Assembly: GCA_030643485.1 (NCBI GenBank)
Contig: DAOWLG010000038.1
Span: 1-58,424, forward strand
Direction of reading: 5' to 3'
Source of the DNA: Candidatus Nealsonbacteria bacterium
GTDB taxonomy: Bacteria; Patescibacteriota; Minisyncoccia; Minisyncoccales; JAGMDC01
DNA length: 58,424 nt
The notes under the pieces: model-generated
What the model was told of the DNA's origin: nothing
The model's database searches: none
The model's input: the letters and a program-made list of their open reading frames with translations, nothing else
In this document: positions 5,647 through 14,576 of the stretch, piece by piece
Position numbering within the stretch: the stretch's first letter is position 1
Layout of the letters: the number at the start of each line of letters is the position of its first letter
Program-made: the position numbers and the translations under genes

Positions 5647-7920
5647 ATGAAAATAATGGCAAATGTGAATTTATCTACTTTAATTGAACAAATTCCTGGA
5701 ATTGGCGCGGTTTTTCAGAAAAAACTGAAGAAATTGGGGATTAAAACGGTCCGGGATATTTTGTATCACTTTCCTCATCGGTATGAGGATTTTTCTAATA
5801 TCGTTCCTATTTCAAAAGTTAAATTTCACCCCGTTAGAAAATCAGAAAAAAAAATCAAAGGTCAATCCCGTCTTCTTAAATTTTCTAACGGGGTAAATGA
5901 AACAGTATGCGTTCAAGGCAAAATTCTGGAAATCAAAAACGAAAAAACCTGGAAAAAAAGAATGTTTTTAACCCAGGCAGTAATTCAGGATAATACCGGA
6001 GCCATAAAAATTGTCTGGTTTAACCAGCCCTATCTAACAAAAACCTTAAAACAAGACGACAGTATTTATTTGGCAGGAAAAGTTGCCTTGGGCGATGACG
6101 GCGCCTATCTTTCCAATCCCGCGTATGAAAAAATTACAAATTACAAATTACAAACAGATGACTTAATTCATACCGGGAGAATTATTCCGGTCTATCCAGA
6201 AACAGAAGGGCTTTCCTCGCGATGGCTTCGGTATATTGTAAAGCCGTTGTTGGTAGAATTATCAACGCAAATTCCGGAAATTTTACCCAAAGAAATAATT
6301 CAGAAAAATAATCTCTTGTTGCTCAAACAAGCGATTTGGCAAATCCATTTTCCGGATTCAATGGATTTGGCAAAAAAAGCGCAGAAACGTTTTTCTTTTG
6401 AAGAACTTTTTCTAATTGAATTGGCTGTGATAAGCGCAAAAATGCGGTTAAACAAAGAACAATCCACGGCTATTCCAATGGATGTTAAATTGATGAAAAA
6501 ATTTGTTAAATCCCTGCCATTCAAGTTAACTGACGCTCAAAGAAAATCTGCGTGGCAAATTCTAAAGGATTTAGAAAAACCTTGTCCTATGAACCGCCTC
6601 TTGGAAGGAGATGTCGGCTCTGGAAAAACCATAGTGGCGTTAATGGCTGCTTTGGAAACAATAAAAGCCGGTTATCAGGTTGCGCTTATGGCTCCAACTG
6701 AAATTTTAGCAAAACAGCATTTTCAAGGCGTTTCTGCTTTACTAAAAGATTTTAATATCAACATCGGGCTTCTTACAGGAAAAGAAGACAAATTTGTGTC
6801 GCGAAAATTAAAACAAGAAGTAATAGAAATTTCCCGCCGAAAATTATTAGAAAAAACAAAAAATAGCGAATTAGATATTTTAATCGGCACTCACGCCTTA
6901 ATTCAAGGTAAAGTAAAATTCGGAAATCTGGCTTTGGTAATCTTGGACGAACAACACCGCTTCGGCGTTGACCAGCGCGCACGGCTTTGCCAATCCCAAG
7001 CAATCCAAACCAATAAAAACAAAAATATTTCACTCCTACGCACAGTTGCAACTGTGCGTAGGAGTGTTCCGCATTTGCTATCTATGACTGCCACGCCTAT
7101 CCCCCGGACTTTAGCACTGACCATTTACGGCGATTTGGATTTATCTTTAATTGACGAATTGCCAAAAGGAAGGAAAAAAATTATTACTAAAATAGTGGCG
7201 CCCGCAAACAGGCAAAAAGCATATAATTTTGTAAAAAAAGAAATCAAAAAAACAAGGCAGATTTTTGTGATATGTCCAAGGATTGAAAGCCAAAAAGACA
7301 AAGAAAATATAGATACTGCTTCTTCATGGGCAAATGTAAAATCAGTTGAAGACGAATACGAAAAATTGTCAAAAGAAATTTTTCCAGACGCGAAAGTAGA
7401 AATGCTTCACGGAAAAATGACGCCAAAAGAAAAGGAAAAAATAATGAAAAATTTCAAAAATAAAAAAACAGATATTTTGGTTTCCACTTCAGTGATTGAA
7501 GTGGGAATTGATGTGCCCAATGCCACGGTAATGTTTATTGAAGGAGCGGATAGATTTGGCCTGGCTCAACTTCATCAATTCAGAGGAAGAGTAGGAAGGT
7601 CAAAATATCAATCCTATTGCTTGCTGTTCACCGACTCGCCGGCTGTTAAAACCCGACAGCGGTTGAGGGCATTAATCACCTCTGAAGATGGATTTAAGCT
7701 TGCTGAAAAGGATTTAGAAATTAGGGGAGCTGGTGATTTTTTCGGCGCGCGGCAGTGGGGCATATCTGATTTAGTGATGGACTCCCTAAAAGATATAGGT
7801 TTAGTGGAAAAAACCAGAAACGCGGCGCAAAAGATATTAGAACAAGACCCGGAATTAAAAAATTATCCCCTGCTTCAAGAACGCCTACAAAAATTCCAAG
7901 AAAAAATCCACTTGGAATAG
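5647..7920 (+). CDS. recG: ATP-dependent DNA helicase RecG
   Basis: GDVGSGKT, ILDEQHRFGV, SMTATPIPRTLA, QLHQFRGRVGR. N-terminal wedge/OB region. Confidence 0.95.
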   Translation: MKIMANVNLSTLIEQIPGIGAVFQKKLKKLGIKTVRDILYHFPHRYEDFSNIVPISKVKFHPVRKSEKKIKGQSRLLKFSNGVNETVCVQGKILEIKNEKTWKKRMFLTQAVIQDNTGAIKIVWFNQPYLTKTLKQDDSIYLAGKVALGDDGAYLSNPAYEKITNYKLQTDDLIHTGRIIPVYPETEGLSSRWLRYIVKPLLVELSTQIPEILPKEIIQKNNLLLLKQAIWQIHFPDSMDLAKKAQKRFSFEELFLIELAVISAKMRLNKEQSTAIPMDVKLMKKFVKSLPFKLTDAQRKSAWQILKDLEKPCPMNRLLEGDVGSGKTIVALMAALETIKAGYQVALMAPTEILAKQHFQGVSALLKDFNINIGLLTGKEDKFVSRKLKQEVIEISRRKLLEKTKNSELDILIGTHALIQGKVKFGNLALVILDEQHRFGVDQRARLCQSQAIQTNKNKNISLLRTVATVRRSVPHLLSMTATPIPRTLALTIYGDLDLSLIDELPKGRKKIITKIVAPANRQKAYNFVKKEIKKTRQIFVICPRIESQKDKENIDTASSWANVKSVEDEYEKLSKEIFPDAKVEMLHGKMTPKEKEKIMKNFKNKKTDILVSTSVIEVGIDVPNATVMFIEGADRFGLAQLHQFRGRVGRSKYQSYCLLFTDSPAVKTRQRLRALITSEDGFKLAEKDLEIRGAGDFFGARQWGISDLVMDSLKDIGLVEKTRNAAQKILEQDPELKNYPLLQERLQKFQEKIHLE
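5828..5894. repeat. Inverted repeat (15-nt arms) inside the recG coding sequence
   Basis: ACCCCGTTAGAAAAT (5828-5842) and ATTTTCTAACGGGGT (5880-5894). In frame, encoding HPVRKSEKKIKGQSRLLKFSNGV. Confidence 0.8.
7031..7066. repeat. Perfect 36-nt palindrome inside the recG coding sequence
   Basis: CACTCCTACGCACAGTTG|CAACTGTGCGTAGGAGTG encodes SLLRTVATVRRSV. It lies between the DEQH box and the SMTATPIPRT motif. Confidence 0.85.
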
Positions 7921-7961
7921 TTGATTTTTCTCTATTTATTGGTATAATAAATGATTACATT

Positions 7962-8033
7962 GCCCTCGTAGTTTAACGGATAAAACAAAAACCTTCTAAG
8001 TTTTAGATGGGGGTCCGACTCCTCCCGAGGGCA
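7962..8033 (+). tRNA. tRNA-Arg (anticodon TCT)
   Basis: Acceptor GCCCTCG/CGAGGGC. Anticodon stem AAAAC/GTTTT with loop CTTCTAA. T arm GGGGG-TCCGACT-CCTCC, with an unusual C at the position normally T55. Confidence 0.85.
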
Positions 8034-8036
8034 CAT

Positions 8037-8112
8037 GGTGGTCGTAGTGTAGTGGTTAGCACGAGATCTTGTGGAGATCTCAACGGGAGTTCGATTCTCC
8101 TCGACCACCCCA
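8037..8112 (+). tRNA. tRNA-His (anticodon GTG) with encoded G-1 and 3' CCA
   Basis: G-1 at 8037 opposite discriminator C. Acceptor GTGGTCG/CGACCAC. Anticodon stem AGATC/GATCT with loop TTGTGGA. T loop TTCGATT. CCA at 8110-8112. Confidence 0.9.
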
Positions 8113-8151
8113 AAAAACTTGACGAGAATTTTTATTTTGGCCGCAAAAAAT

Positions 8152-9501
8152 ATGATCAAAAAACAAAAAACAAAACAAGAATTAATTAAGCCGCAAACAC
8201 TTAAAGGGTTTCGGGATTTTCTGCCGGAAGAAATGCGGCTTAGAGAATATGTAATTAATATTTTTAAGCAAGTATTTGAATGTTATGGATATGAACCCTT
8301 GGAAACCCCGGCTTTAGAATACACTAATTTAATGCTTGGAGTTTCAGGCGGGGAAGCGGAAAAACAATTTTTTAGATTCAAAGACAAGGGCGGCAGAGAT
8401 GTAATGCTGAAATTTGAAGTTATGGTCTCAATGTGCCGCGCTATTGCCCAACACAAAGATAAAATCGTTTTTCCTTTCAAACGATATCAAATTCAACGAT
8501 GCTGGAGAGCGGAAAAGCCCCAAAAAGGACGATTGCGAGAATTTACCCAATGCGACGCCGACACTATTGGAGCGAGTTCAATGATGGCTGACGCTGAATT
8601 TATTCAAATGGGCATTGAAATTATGAAAGAACTTGGCTTTAAGGAGTTTATTACTTTAATTAACAACCGGAAATTTTTAACCGGATTGATTAAGTTTGCA
8701 AAGGCAGACCCTTCTCTTTTTTATAAAATCTGTATGTCAATTGATAAACTTGGAAAAATTGGGATTGAAAATGTTAAAAAGGAAATGATTGAAAAAGCAG
8801 GTATTCCTTGTGCCACAGCAAATCAAATTCTAAAGATTATCTCTGTAAAAGGAGAAAGTGAGGAATTAATTAAAATCTTTAAGAAAAAAATGGCTAAAAT
8901 TCCAGAAGCCCAGGAAGGACTTTCTGAAATAAAAGAAATACTTGATTATCTTAAAACCGCTGGCATAGATAAGAAATACTACCGATTTGAACCCGCGATT
9001 GCCCGGGGGTTGGCTCACTATACCGGTCCTATCTGGGAAATAATGGTAATTGAAGGAGGAGTTGGGTCGGTTGCCGGTTGCGGCAGATATGACAATGTTA
9101 TTGGCGACTATCTTGGTGGAAAGGAAAAAATTCCGGCTACTGGCGGTTCTTTTGGACTTGAACGGATAATGGAGATATTAAAAGACAGAAAAATGGCAAA
9201 TCTGCCAAAAAATTATATTAATGTTTTAGTCACAATCTTTGATGAAAAGTTAGCAAAAAAATCAATTGATATAACAACTCAATTAAGAAAAGCGGGTATT
9301 GCAACTATGTTATATCCTGATACAGCGCGTCTTGATAAACAACTTAAATATGCCAACAGCAAAGAAATCCCTTTTGTCGTAATCATTGGGCCGGAGGAAG
9401 CAGTAAAAAATCAAATAACTCTTAAAAACATGAAAACTGGGGAACAAATAAAACTAAAAAATAAGGAATTATTAGAAAAACTAAAAAAAATAATAAAATG
9501 A
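8152..9501 (+). CDS. hisS: Histidyl-tRNA synthetase
   Basis: KGFRDFLPEE, RYQIQRCWRAEKPQKGRLREFTQCDAD, GCGRYD. Start set to ATG 8152 because the longer ORF (8071) runs through tRNA-His. Confidence 0.95.
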   Translation: MIKKQKTKQELIKPQTLKGFRDFLPEEMRLREYVINIFKQVFECYGYEPLETPALEYTNLMLGVSGGEAEKQFFRFKDKGGRDVMLKFEVMVSMCRAIAQHKDKIVFPFKRYQIQRCWRAEKPQKGRLREFTQCDADTIGASSMMADAEFIQMGIEIMKELGFKEFITLINNRKFLTGLIKFAKADPSLFYKICMSIDKLGKIGIENVKKEMIEKAGIPCATANQILKIISVKGESEELIKIFKKKMAKIPEAQEGLSEIKEILDYLKTAGIDKKYYRFEPAIARGLAHYTGPIWEIMVIEGGVGSVAGCGRYDNVIGDYLGGKEKIPATGGSFGLERIMEILKDRKMANLPKNYINVLVTIFDEKLAKKSIDITTQLRKAGIATMLYPDTARLDKQLKYANSKEIPFVVIIGPEEAVKNQITLKNMKTGEQIKLKNKELLEKLKKIIK

Positions 9502-9609
9502 ATTCTATAAATCTGAAAAAAATAAATAAGGCAGTAAATTCTCATCATTATAACTTTTTCTTTCTCGGGAAAGGATTGTGTTGATGTTGAAAAAAAATCA
9601 TCAAAATAA

Positions 9610-9636
9610 CCCCTTCCTGAGAAGGAAGGGGTTTTC
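9610..9636 (+). terminator. Intrinsic terminator downstream of hisS
   Basis: CCCCTTCC (9610-9617), loop TGAGAA, GGAAGGGG (9624-9631), TTTT. Confidence 0.7.
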
Positions 9637-9693
9637 GTTTCTTTCTGCGAAGCGGAAACTCATAGTTCATAAAAAAATAGGAGGTGAAAAAAA

Positions 9694-9831
9694 ATGAAAA
9701 GAAAAATAAACATATTATCTCTAGTTGTGTTGCATTCATTCCCCAACGAAAACCTTATTACGCCTGTTGGAAAAAAGACAGAAAAACAAAAAAAGGAAAG
9801 CGAAAAACTGGAAACACCTAAAAAAGAATAA
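9694..9831 (+). CDS. Candidate 45-aa ORF with a strong Shine-Dalgarno sequence
   Basis: AGGAGGTG lies 7-8 nt upstream of ATG 9694. Product MKRKINILSLVVLHSFPNENLITPVGKKTEKQKKESEKLETPKKE. Followed by a hairpin plus T-run at 9854-9888. Confidence 0.3.
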   Translation: MKRKINILSLVVLHSFPNENLITPVGKKTEKQKKESEKLETPKKE

Positions 9832-9853
9832 ACACAACGAAAAATAAAAAATA

Positions 9854-9888
9854 TAAGGACATTTTATTCTTTAATGTCCTTATTTTAT
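9854..9888 (+). terminator. Hairpin plus T-run after the small ORF
   Basis: TAAGGACAT (9854-9862) ... ATGTCCTTA (9874-9882), then TTTTATT. Confidence 0.5.
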
Positions 9889-9995
9889 TATTTTCTCTTC
9901 TTGTTATTGTTCGTTTAGATTTAATATCTCTATTTTTTTATTTTTGAAGTCAATTTTAATTGAATAATTTCTAAATAAACCAACTCCCACCAGTG

Positions 9996-10271
9996 CTATT
10001 GAGGAGGAATATGACGAGATATTACTTCAGCCGCAGTAAAGCCAACCTTTTTTATATAAAATATTTTTTCCGGGTATTTTTCTTTAGCTTTTTCAACGGC
10101 TTCTACTAAAGTATCTCCTAAAAATCCCTCTTCTGTTTCAATTTCAATAGCAAAAAATTTACCATTAAAAGATGGCTCATATTTTTCTTTAAATTTTCTT
10201 TGATATATCTCTTCTCCTTTTTTGGCTATTTCTCTGGTGTTAATCGTCGATAATTGTTTTTCTTCATTCAT
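9996..10271 (-). CDS. Hypothetical 91-aa protein
   Basis: Clean ORF with a Glu/Lys-rich alpha/beta-like composition. No motif I can name with confidence. Confidence 0.5.
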   Translation of the reverse strand: MNEEKQLSTINTREIAKKGEEIYQRKFKEKYEPSFNGKFFAIEIETEEGFLGDTLVEAVEKAKEKYPEKIFYIKKVGFTAAEVISRHIPPQ

Positions 10272-10355
10272 ACCTTTATTATACTACAAAATTCTTTTAA
10301 TGCTACTGAAATAGATAGTCAATAAAAAATCTTGTTGGAATATTTTTAAATATTC

Positions 10356-11378
10356 TCACTTCTTCTCTTCTAATTTTACTTTTATTATTTGTTCTTGTTT
10401 TTCTCTTAAAATTTTTAATTCTACTTCCTTGCCGATTTCAAATTTCTGCAAAATAGACGACAAAGGATTTTTGACGGTAATTTTTTCTCCTTGGCATTCT
10501 AAAATAATGTCAAATTCTTTTAAGCCGGCTTTTTCCGCGGCTGAATTTGAAACTATTGCGGACTCCCCCAGATTCTCTCTTACTATAAAAGCGCCGTAAT
10601 CAACAGGCAGTTTATTTTTTTCAGATATTGCCTTGCTCAAAAGAATATATCTCACTCCTAAAAATGGCTTTTTTATTTTTCCGTATTTTTTTACTTCTTC
10701 TAAATCTTTTTTGGCGTAATCAATTGGAATTGCAAAGCCAATGTTTTGAGCCATTGCCACTATTGCCGTATTTATTCCAATAACCTTTCCATTCATATCC
10801 ACTAAGGGCCCGCCGGAATTTCCTGGATTAATAGCTGCGTCGGTTTGGATTAGACCCCTTAATTGTTCTGCCTGCTGTGTATGGCCTCCAAGAGCAGTGA
10901 TATTTCGACTTAAACCGGAAACCACTCCGGTGCTTACAGTATCATGAAACTCTCCTAAAGCGTTTCCAATAGTAATTACCGCTTGTCCAAGCGCAATATT
11001 TTTGGAATCGCCTAGATCTAAACAAGGAAGGTTTTTTGCCTGTATTTTTAGAATAGCAATATCATTGATAGAATCACGGGCTAAAACCTTTGCAGGATAT
11101 TTCTTTTCCGGGTCTAAAACAATTGTGTAGTCCGCTTTAGGGTCGGCAACCACATGCTGCGAGGTTAAAATCATACCATCTGGAGAAATAATAAACCCGG
11201 AGCCGCCCCCTATTTTTGTTTTTTCCTTTTTTTCGCCCATTCGCGGCACAGTTAAACTTTGGCCGCCGAATGGAACCATATAAAAACCCTCTATCTTGGG
11301 CAGGTCTTTTGAGATAACAATCGTAATTACTGCTGGGCAGGACTTTTTTACTATATCTATAATTGGCGATTTCTCCAT
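10356..11378 (-). CDS. HtrA/DegP-family serine protease with PDZ domain
   Basis: Triad contexts LTSQHVV (His), NDIAILKI (Asp), NPGNSGGPLV (Ser). C-terminal PDZ-like region. Confidence 0.9.
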   Translation of the reverse strand: MEKSPIIDIVKKSCPAVITIVISKDLPKIEGFYMVPFGGQSLTVPRMGEKKEKTKIGGGSGFIISPDGMILTSQHVVADPKADYTIVLDPEKKYPAKVLARDSINDIAILKIQAKNLPCLDLGDSKNIALGQAVITIGNALGEFHDTVSTGVVSGLSRNITALGGHTQQAEQLRGLIQTDAAINPGNSGGPLVDMNGKVIGINTAIVAMAQNIGFAIPIDYAKKDLEEVKKYGKIKKPFLGVRYILLSKAISEKNKLPVDYGAFIVRENLGESAIVSNSAAEKAGLKEFDIILECQGEKITVKNPLSSILQKFEIGKEVELKILREKQEQIIKVKLEEKK

Positions 11379-11441
11379 TATTCTATAATAGCATAAAATA
11401 TCATTGTCAACAAGAGAAAAATCTGTTAAAGTAATAAAATC

Positions 11442-11513
11442 GCCCCTGTAGTTTAATGGATAAAATAAGAGTTTCCTAAACTCTTGATAAAGGTTCGATT
11501 CCTTTCAGGGGCA
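11442..11513 (+). tRNA. tRNA-Arg (anticodon CCT)
   Basis: Acceptor GCCCCTG/CAGGGGC. Anticodon stem AGAGT/ACTCT with loop TTCCTAA. T arm AAAGG-TTCGATT-CCTTT. Confidence 0.88.
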
Positions 11514-11520
11514 CAAAAAT

Positions 11521-12030
11521 ATGAATAAAATTTTTCAGTATTTTTTAGTAAAACACAACCGAAAAACGCCTTTCGTAATTTTGGTTTATTTCTTTGCCAC
11601 TTTTATTATCGTAAGAACATTTGTCTATGCCTGGACTTACGGCTTTATCCCTGAAATAACGCTCGTGATAAGAGATATACAAATCCATCATCTGAATTTT
11701 GGTATTTTCATTCTGGCTGTTGCGGGATATTTGGCGCTAGTAAGAGAAAAAGAAGATAGTCGTTTGAAAATCGCTAAAATTTACGGAATTGGCTTGGCTC
11801 TGGCTTTTGACGAATTCGGAATGTGGCTTCATCTTGAAAATAATTACTGGCTTCGCCAAAGTTATGACGGTATAATTATTATCACAGTAATTCTGCTTAA
11901 CATTGTTTTTCTTAAACATATCTGGCAAAAAATTATTGAACAGCATATAATATTAGGAAGGAAAATCCTGAACAAATTTCGGAAAGATGTTGAAATAAAA
12001 AGCAGAAAAATCTTAACTGGAAAAAAATGA
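11521..12030 (+). CDS. Integral membrane protein (hypothetical, about 4 TM)
   Basis: Several hydrophobic segments (FVILVYFFATFIIVRTFVYAW, FGIFILAVAGYLALV, IYGIGLALAF, IIIITVILLNIVFL). Confidence 0.6.
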   Translation: MNKIFQYFLVKHNRKTPFVILVYFFATFIIVRTFVYAWTYGFIPEITLVIRDIQIHHLNFGIFILAVAGYLALVREKEDSRLKIAKIYGIGLALAFDEFGMWLHLENNYWLRQSYDGIIIITVILLNIVFLKHIWQKIIEQHIILGRKILNKFRKDVEIKSRKILTGKK

Positions 12031-12031
12031 A

Positions 12032-12104
12032 GGGCCCATAGCGTAGTGGTTATCGCGCATCCGTGGCACGGATGAGATCGTGGGTTCGACTCCCACTGGG
12101 TCCA
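12032..12104 (+). tRNA. tRNA-Ala (anticodon GGC)
   Basis: Acceptor GGGCCCA/TGGGTCC with the G3:U70 alanine identity pair. Anticodon stem CATCC/GGATG with loop GTGGCAC. T arm GTGGG-TTCGACT-CCCAC. Confidence 0.9.
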
Positions 12105-12110
12105 CAAAAA

Positions 12111-12145
12111 AATTGCCAAAGGACAGTCCTCTGGCAATTTTTTTT
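12111..12145 (+). terminator. Hairpin plus T-run after tRNA-Ala (left copy of the island boundary repeat)
   Basis: AATTGCCAAAGGA-CAG-TCCTCTGGCAATT with one A/C mismatch, followed by TTTTTTT. Confidence 0.6.
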
Positions 12146-12205
12146 GTGGTGTTTATTGAAAAAAAATTAGAACTTATTTTGAACAAAATCCCGACGCTGA
12201 TTGAT

Positions 12206-12232
12206 TGCCCGCTCGCCGCAGGCGAGCGGGCA
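12206..12232. repeat. Perfect 12-bp-stem hairpin in the structured island leader
   Basis: TGCCCGCTCGCC-GCA-GGCGAGCGGGCA. Confidence 0.8.
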
Positions 12233-12291
12233 GAAATCCGTTTTGCGAATTTCCCGCCCAGCGTTTCCGCCCGCTACTAAGCGGCGGCGAA

Positions 12292-12380
12292 CAAAACAGA
12301 AAAATTTTCTTTTCCTTATTGATTAAAAAAATTGGCGAGGTGGCGATTAAAAAAAATGTAAAGAAAATTTTTCTGTTTTG
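12292..12380. repeat. Long-range inverted repeat with 21-nt perfect arms
   Basis: CAAAACAGAAAAATTTTCTTT (12292-12312) and AAAGAAAATTTTTCTGTTTTG (12360-12380), with a 47-nt loop. Confidence 0.8.
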
Positions 12381-12410
12381 ATTTTCCGCTATTGCGGGAA
12401 ACGGAAACGC

Positions 12411-12440
12411 TTTCGGGCTTTGCCCGATTTTTTTTTCGGG
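12411..12440. repeat. Island inner inverted repeat, left (also a hairpin plus T-run)
   Basis: CTTTCGGGCTTTGCCCGATTTTTTTTTCGG is the reverse complement of 18907-18933, apart from T-run length. Confidence 0.8.
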
Positions 12441-12557
12441 GGAAGGACTCTATGAATCGTTGACTACAATCAAATTTTCAGTTATCATTATAATAAGCAA
12501 GCCAGAGGTATTTTACTATAATCAGTATATTATAATAGTTTATCAAAATCAGATAAT

Positions 12558-12758
12558 ATGTCAATAGTCAGTGAAAACATAAGAAAACTTCGCAAGAAAA
12601 AAGGAATAAGCCAAGATCGCCTTTCAAAAGAGGCGGATTTGGCGTTGAATACAATCGTCAAAATAGAGACTGGCGAAAGCCCAAATCCCACAGTTGAAAC
12701 ATTAGAAAAAATCGCCAAAGCTCTTGATGTCCAAGCTGGCGATTTTTTCAAAAAATAA
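12558..12758 (+). CDS. XRE-family helix-turn-helix protein (likely R-M controller)
   Basis: IRKLRKKKGISQDRLSKEADLALNTIVKIETGESPNPTVETLEKIAKAL is a classic Cro/C1 HTH. Immediately upstream of mod. Confidence 0.8.
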   Translation: MSIVSENIRKLRKKKGISQDRLSKEADLALNTIVKIETGESPNPTVETLEKIAKALDVQAGDFFKK

Positions 12759-12762
12759 TTTT

Positions 12763-14568
12763 ATGACAAAAAATAATAACAACAATCAGCCGATTGATAA
12801 AACAGAGATTGTCTGGCCAGGAAAGCGAAAAGAAGTTGAACGGGTAAGTTTGCCGTTTCAAGTAATTGAGACAATCAACGCGCCTCGTGGAGCGCGGCAG
12901 AAAGAGATGTTTAACAATAACACGCCAGCGGATTGGAAAAATCGGCTTATTTGGGGCGACAATCTTTTGGTGATGGGTTCACTTCTCAAAGAATTTGCCG
13001 GAAAAATCAATCTTATTTATATTGACCCGCCTTTTGCAACTGGCGACGATTTTTCTTTTACAGTGCAGATTGGCGATGGCGCTGAAATTACGAAAGAACC
13101 GTCTGCTCTTGAGGTTAAGGCGTATCGCGACACTTGGGGCAAGGGCATGCAGTCATATCTTCAAATGATGTATGACAGATTGGTTTTGATGAAAGAACTT
13201 TTGGCTGACGACGGCTCAATTTATGTGCATTTGGATTATCGTGTGTCACATTATATAAAAATGATACTCGATGAAATTTTTGGAGAAAAATCTTTACGAA
13301 ATGAAATTATTTGGTTTTATCCAAGAGGAGGAGATGCGGACAAACAATTTAATAGAAAGCACGATTCAATCTTTTGGTATTCTAAAAGCGACAATTCTTG
13401 GATTTTTAACTGGAAAGATACTTTAATTCCCTACACAGAGGAGCAACTTGCGCGTTTCAAAAAGAAAGACGAGAAAGGAAAATTTTATTGGAATGTAAAT
13501 CCTCGTGGCGAGCGAGTGAAAACCTATTTGAGAAAAGCAGGAATAGGGGAATATGATGTTTGGAATATAGGAATTAACGCAACCGAACTTAAAGAAATTG
13601 GATATCCTACGGCAAAACCACCGAAATTACTTGAACGCATAATAAAAGCTTCTTCAAATGAAGGTGATATTGTGGCTGACTTTTTTAGTGGTTCGGGCAC
13701 AACCGTAAGTGTTGCCGAGAAATTAAATCGAAAATGGATAGGAGTTGATCTCAGCAGGTTCGCGATTCAGACAACTCGCAAACGGCTTTTGGATATGAGC
13801 GCAAAGCCGTTTAAGGTCCAAAATCTTGGAAAATACGAACGCCATCATTGGGCAAAACTTAATGGCAAATATAAGGATTATGTAGAATTTATTTTGGAAT
13901 TATATCACGCTGAACGCATTGACGGTTTTACTTATTTGCACGGCAAAAAAGCGAAAAGTTTTGTTCGCGTTGGCTCGGTGGACGCTCCGGTAACGCTTTC
14001 AGAAATCCGCTCTGCGCTGGAAGAATGTCAAAAAAATAAAATCAAAAAACTTGATATTCTTGGCTGGGAATGGGAAATGGGATTGCACGATTTAATAAAA
14101 GAAGAAGCGGAAAAATACGGTGTCAAACTTGGGACATTTCAAATTCCGCGCGAGGTGATGGAATTGTCAGTTGCGGACGCTCAAAAGCGCGATGTCCAAT
14201 TTTTTGAACTTGCTTACTTGGAAGTTGAGGCAAAAGTTAAAGACAAAAAAGCGACAATTACGCTCAAAGATTTTATTATTCCAAATCCAGAATTATTACC
14301 AGAGCAAGTGAAAGGTAAAGTGAAAAATTGGAGCGACTTTATTGACTACTGGGCAGTGGACTGGATGTTTAATCAGCACAAGAAATGGACAGAGGAAGAT
14401 GACACTTTTCACAATATGAACCAGCGATACCGCACGCGCAAAGAACCGAAATTGGAACTTTCAATGAATTACGATAAATATAAAAAATCTGGTAAATATA
14501 ATATCTTGGTAAAGGTCGTAGATATATTTGGGAATGACACTACCAAACTTATTACAATTAAAATTTAA
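12763..14568 (+). CDS. mod: Type III R-M methyltransferase (Mod, N6-adenine beta class)
   Basis: Motif IV LIYIDPPFATGDDF and motif I ADFFSGSGTTVSVAEKL. Start set to ATG 12763, just after the XRE stop (12756-12758). Confidence 0.88.
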   Translation: MTKNNNNNQPIDKTEIVWPGKRKEVERVSLPFQVIETINAPRGARQKEMFNNNTPADWKNRLIWGDNLLVMGSLLKEFAGKINLIYIDPPFATGDDFSFTVQIGDGAEITKEPSALEVKAYRDTWGKGMQSYLQMMYDRLVLMKELLADDGSIYVHLDYRVSHYIKMILDEIFGEKSLRNEIIWFYPRGGDADKQFNRKHDSIFWYSKSDNSWIFNWKDTLIPYTEEQLARFKKKDEKGKFYWNVNPRGERVKTYLRKAGIGEYDVWNIGINATELKEIGYPTAKPPKLLERIIKASSNEGDIVADFFSGSGTTVSVAEKLNRKWIGVDLSRFAIQTTRKRLLDMSAKPFKVQNLGKYERHHWAKLNGKYKDYVEFILELYHAERIDGFTYLHGKKAKSFVRVGSVDAPVTLSEIRSALEECQKNKIKKLDILGWEWEMGLHDLIKEEAEKYGVKLGTFQIPREVMELSVADAQKRDVQFFELAYLEVEAKVKDKKATITLKDFIIPNPELLPEQVKGKVKNWSDFIDYWAVDWMFNQHKKWTEEDDTFHNMNQRYRTRKEPKLELSMNYDKYKKSGKYNILVKVVDIFGNDTTKLITIKI

Positions 14569-14576
14569 CCAAAGTT

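Noticed and set aside
8071-8151. The long hisS start at 8071
   Set aside because: Codons 1-14 would be read through tRNA-His (8037-8112). ATG 8152 gives the normal HisRS N-terminus.
9850-9995. Possible remnant of a retropepsin-like aspartic protease C-terminus on the minus strand (LVGVGLFRNYSIKIDFKNKKIEI) downstream of ORF 9996-10271
   Set aside because: Only about 28 codons, with no catalytic D(T/S)G motif, and the resemblance is purely pattern-level. Too weak to annotate.
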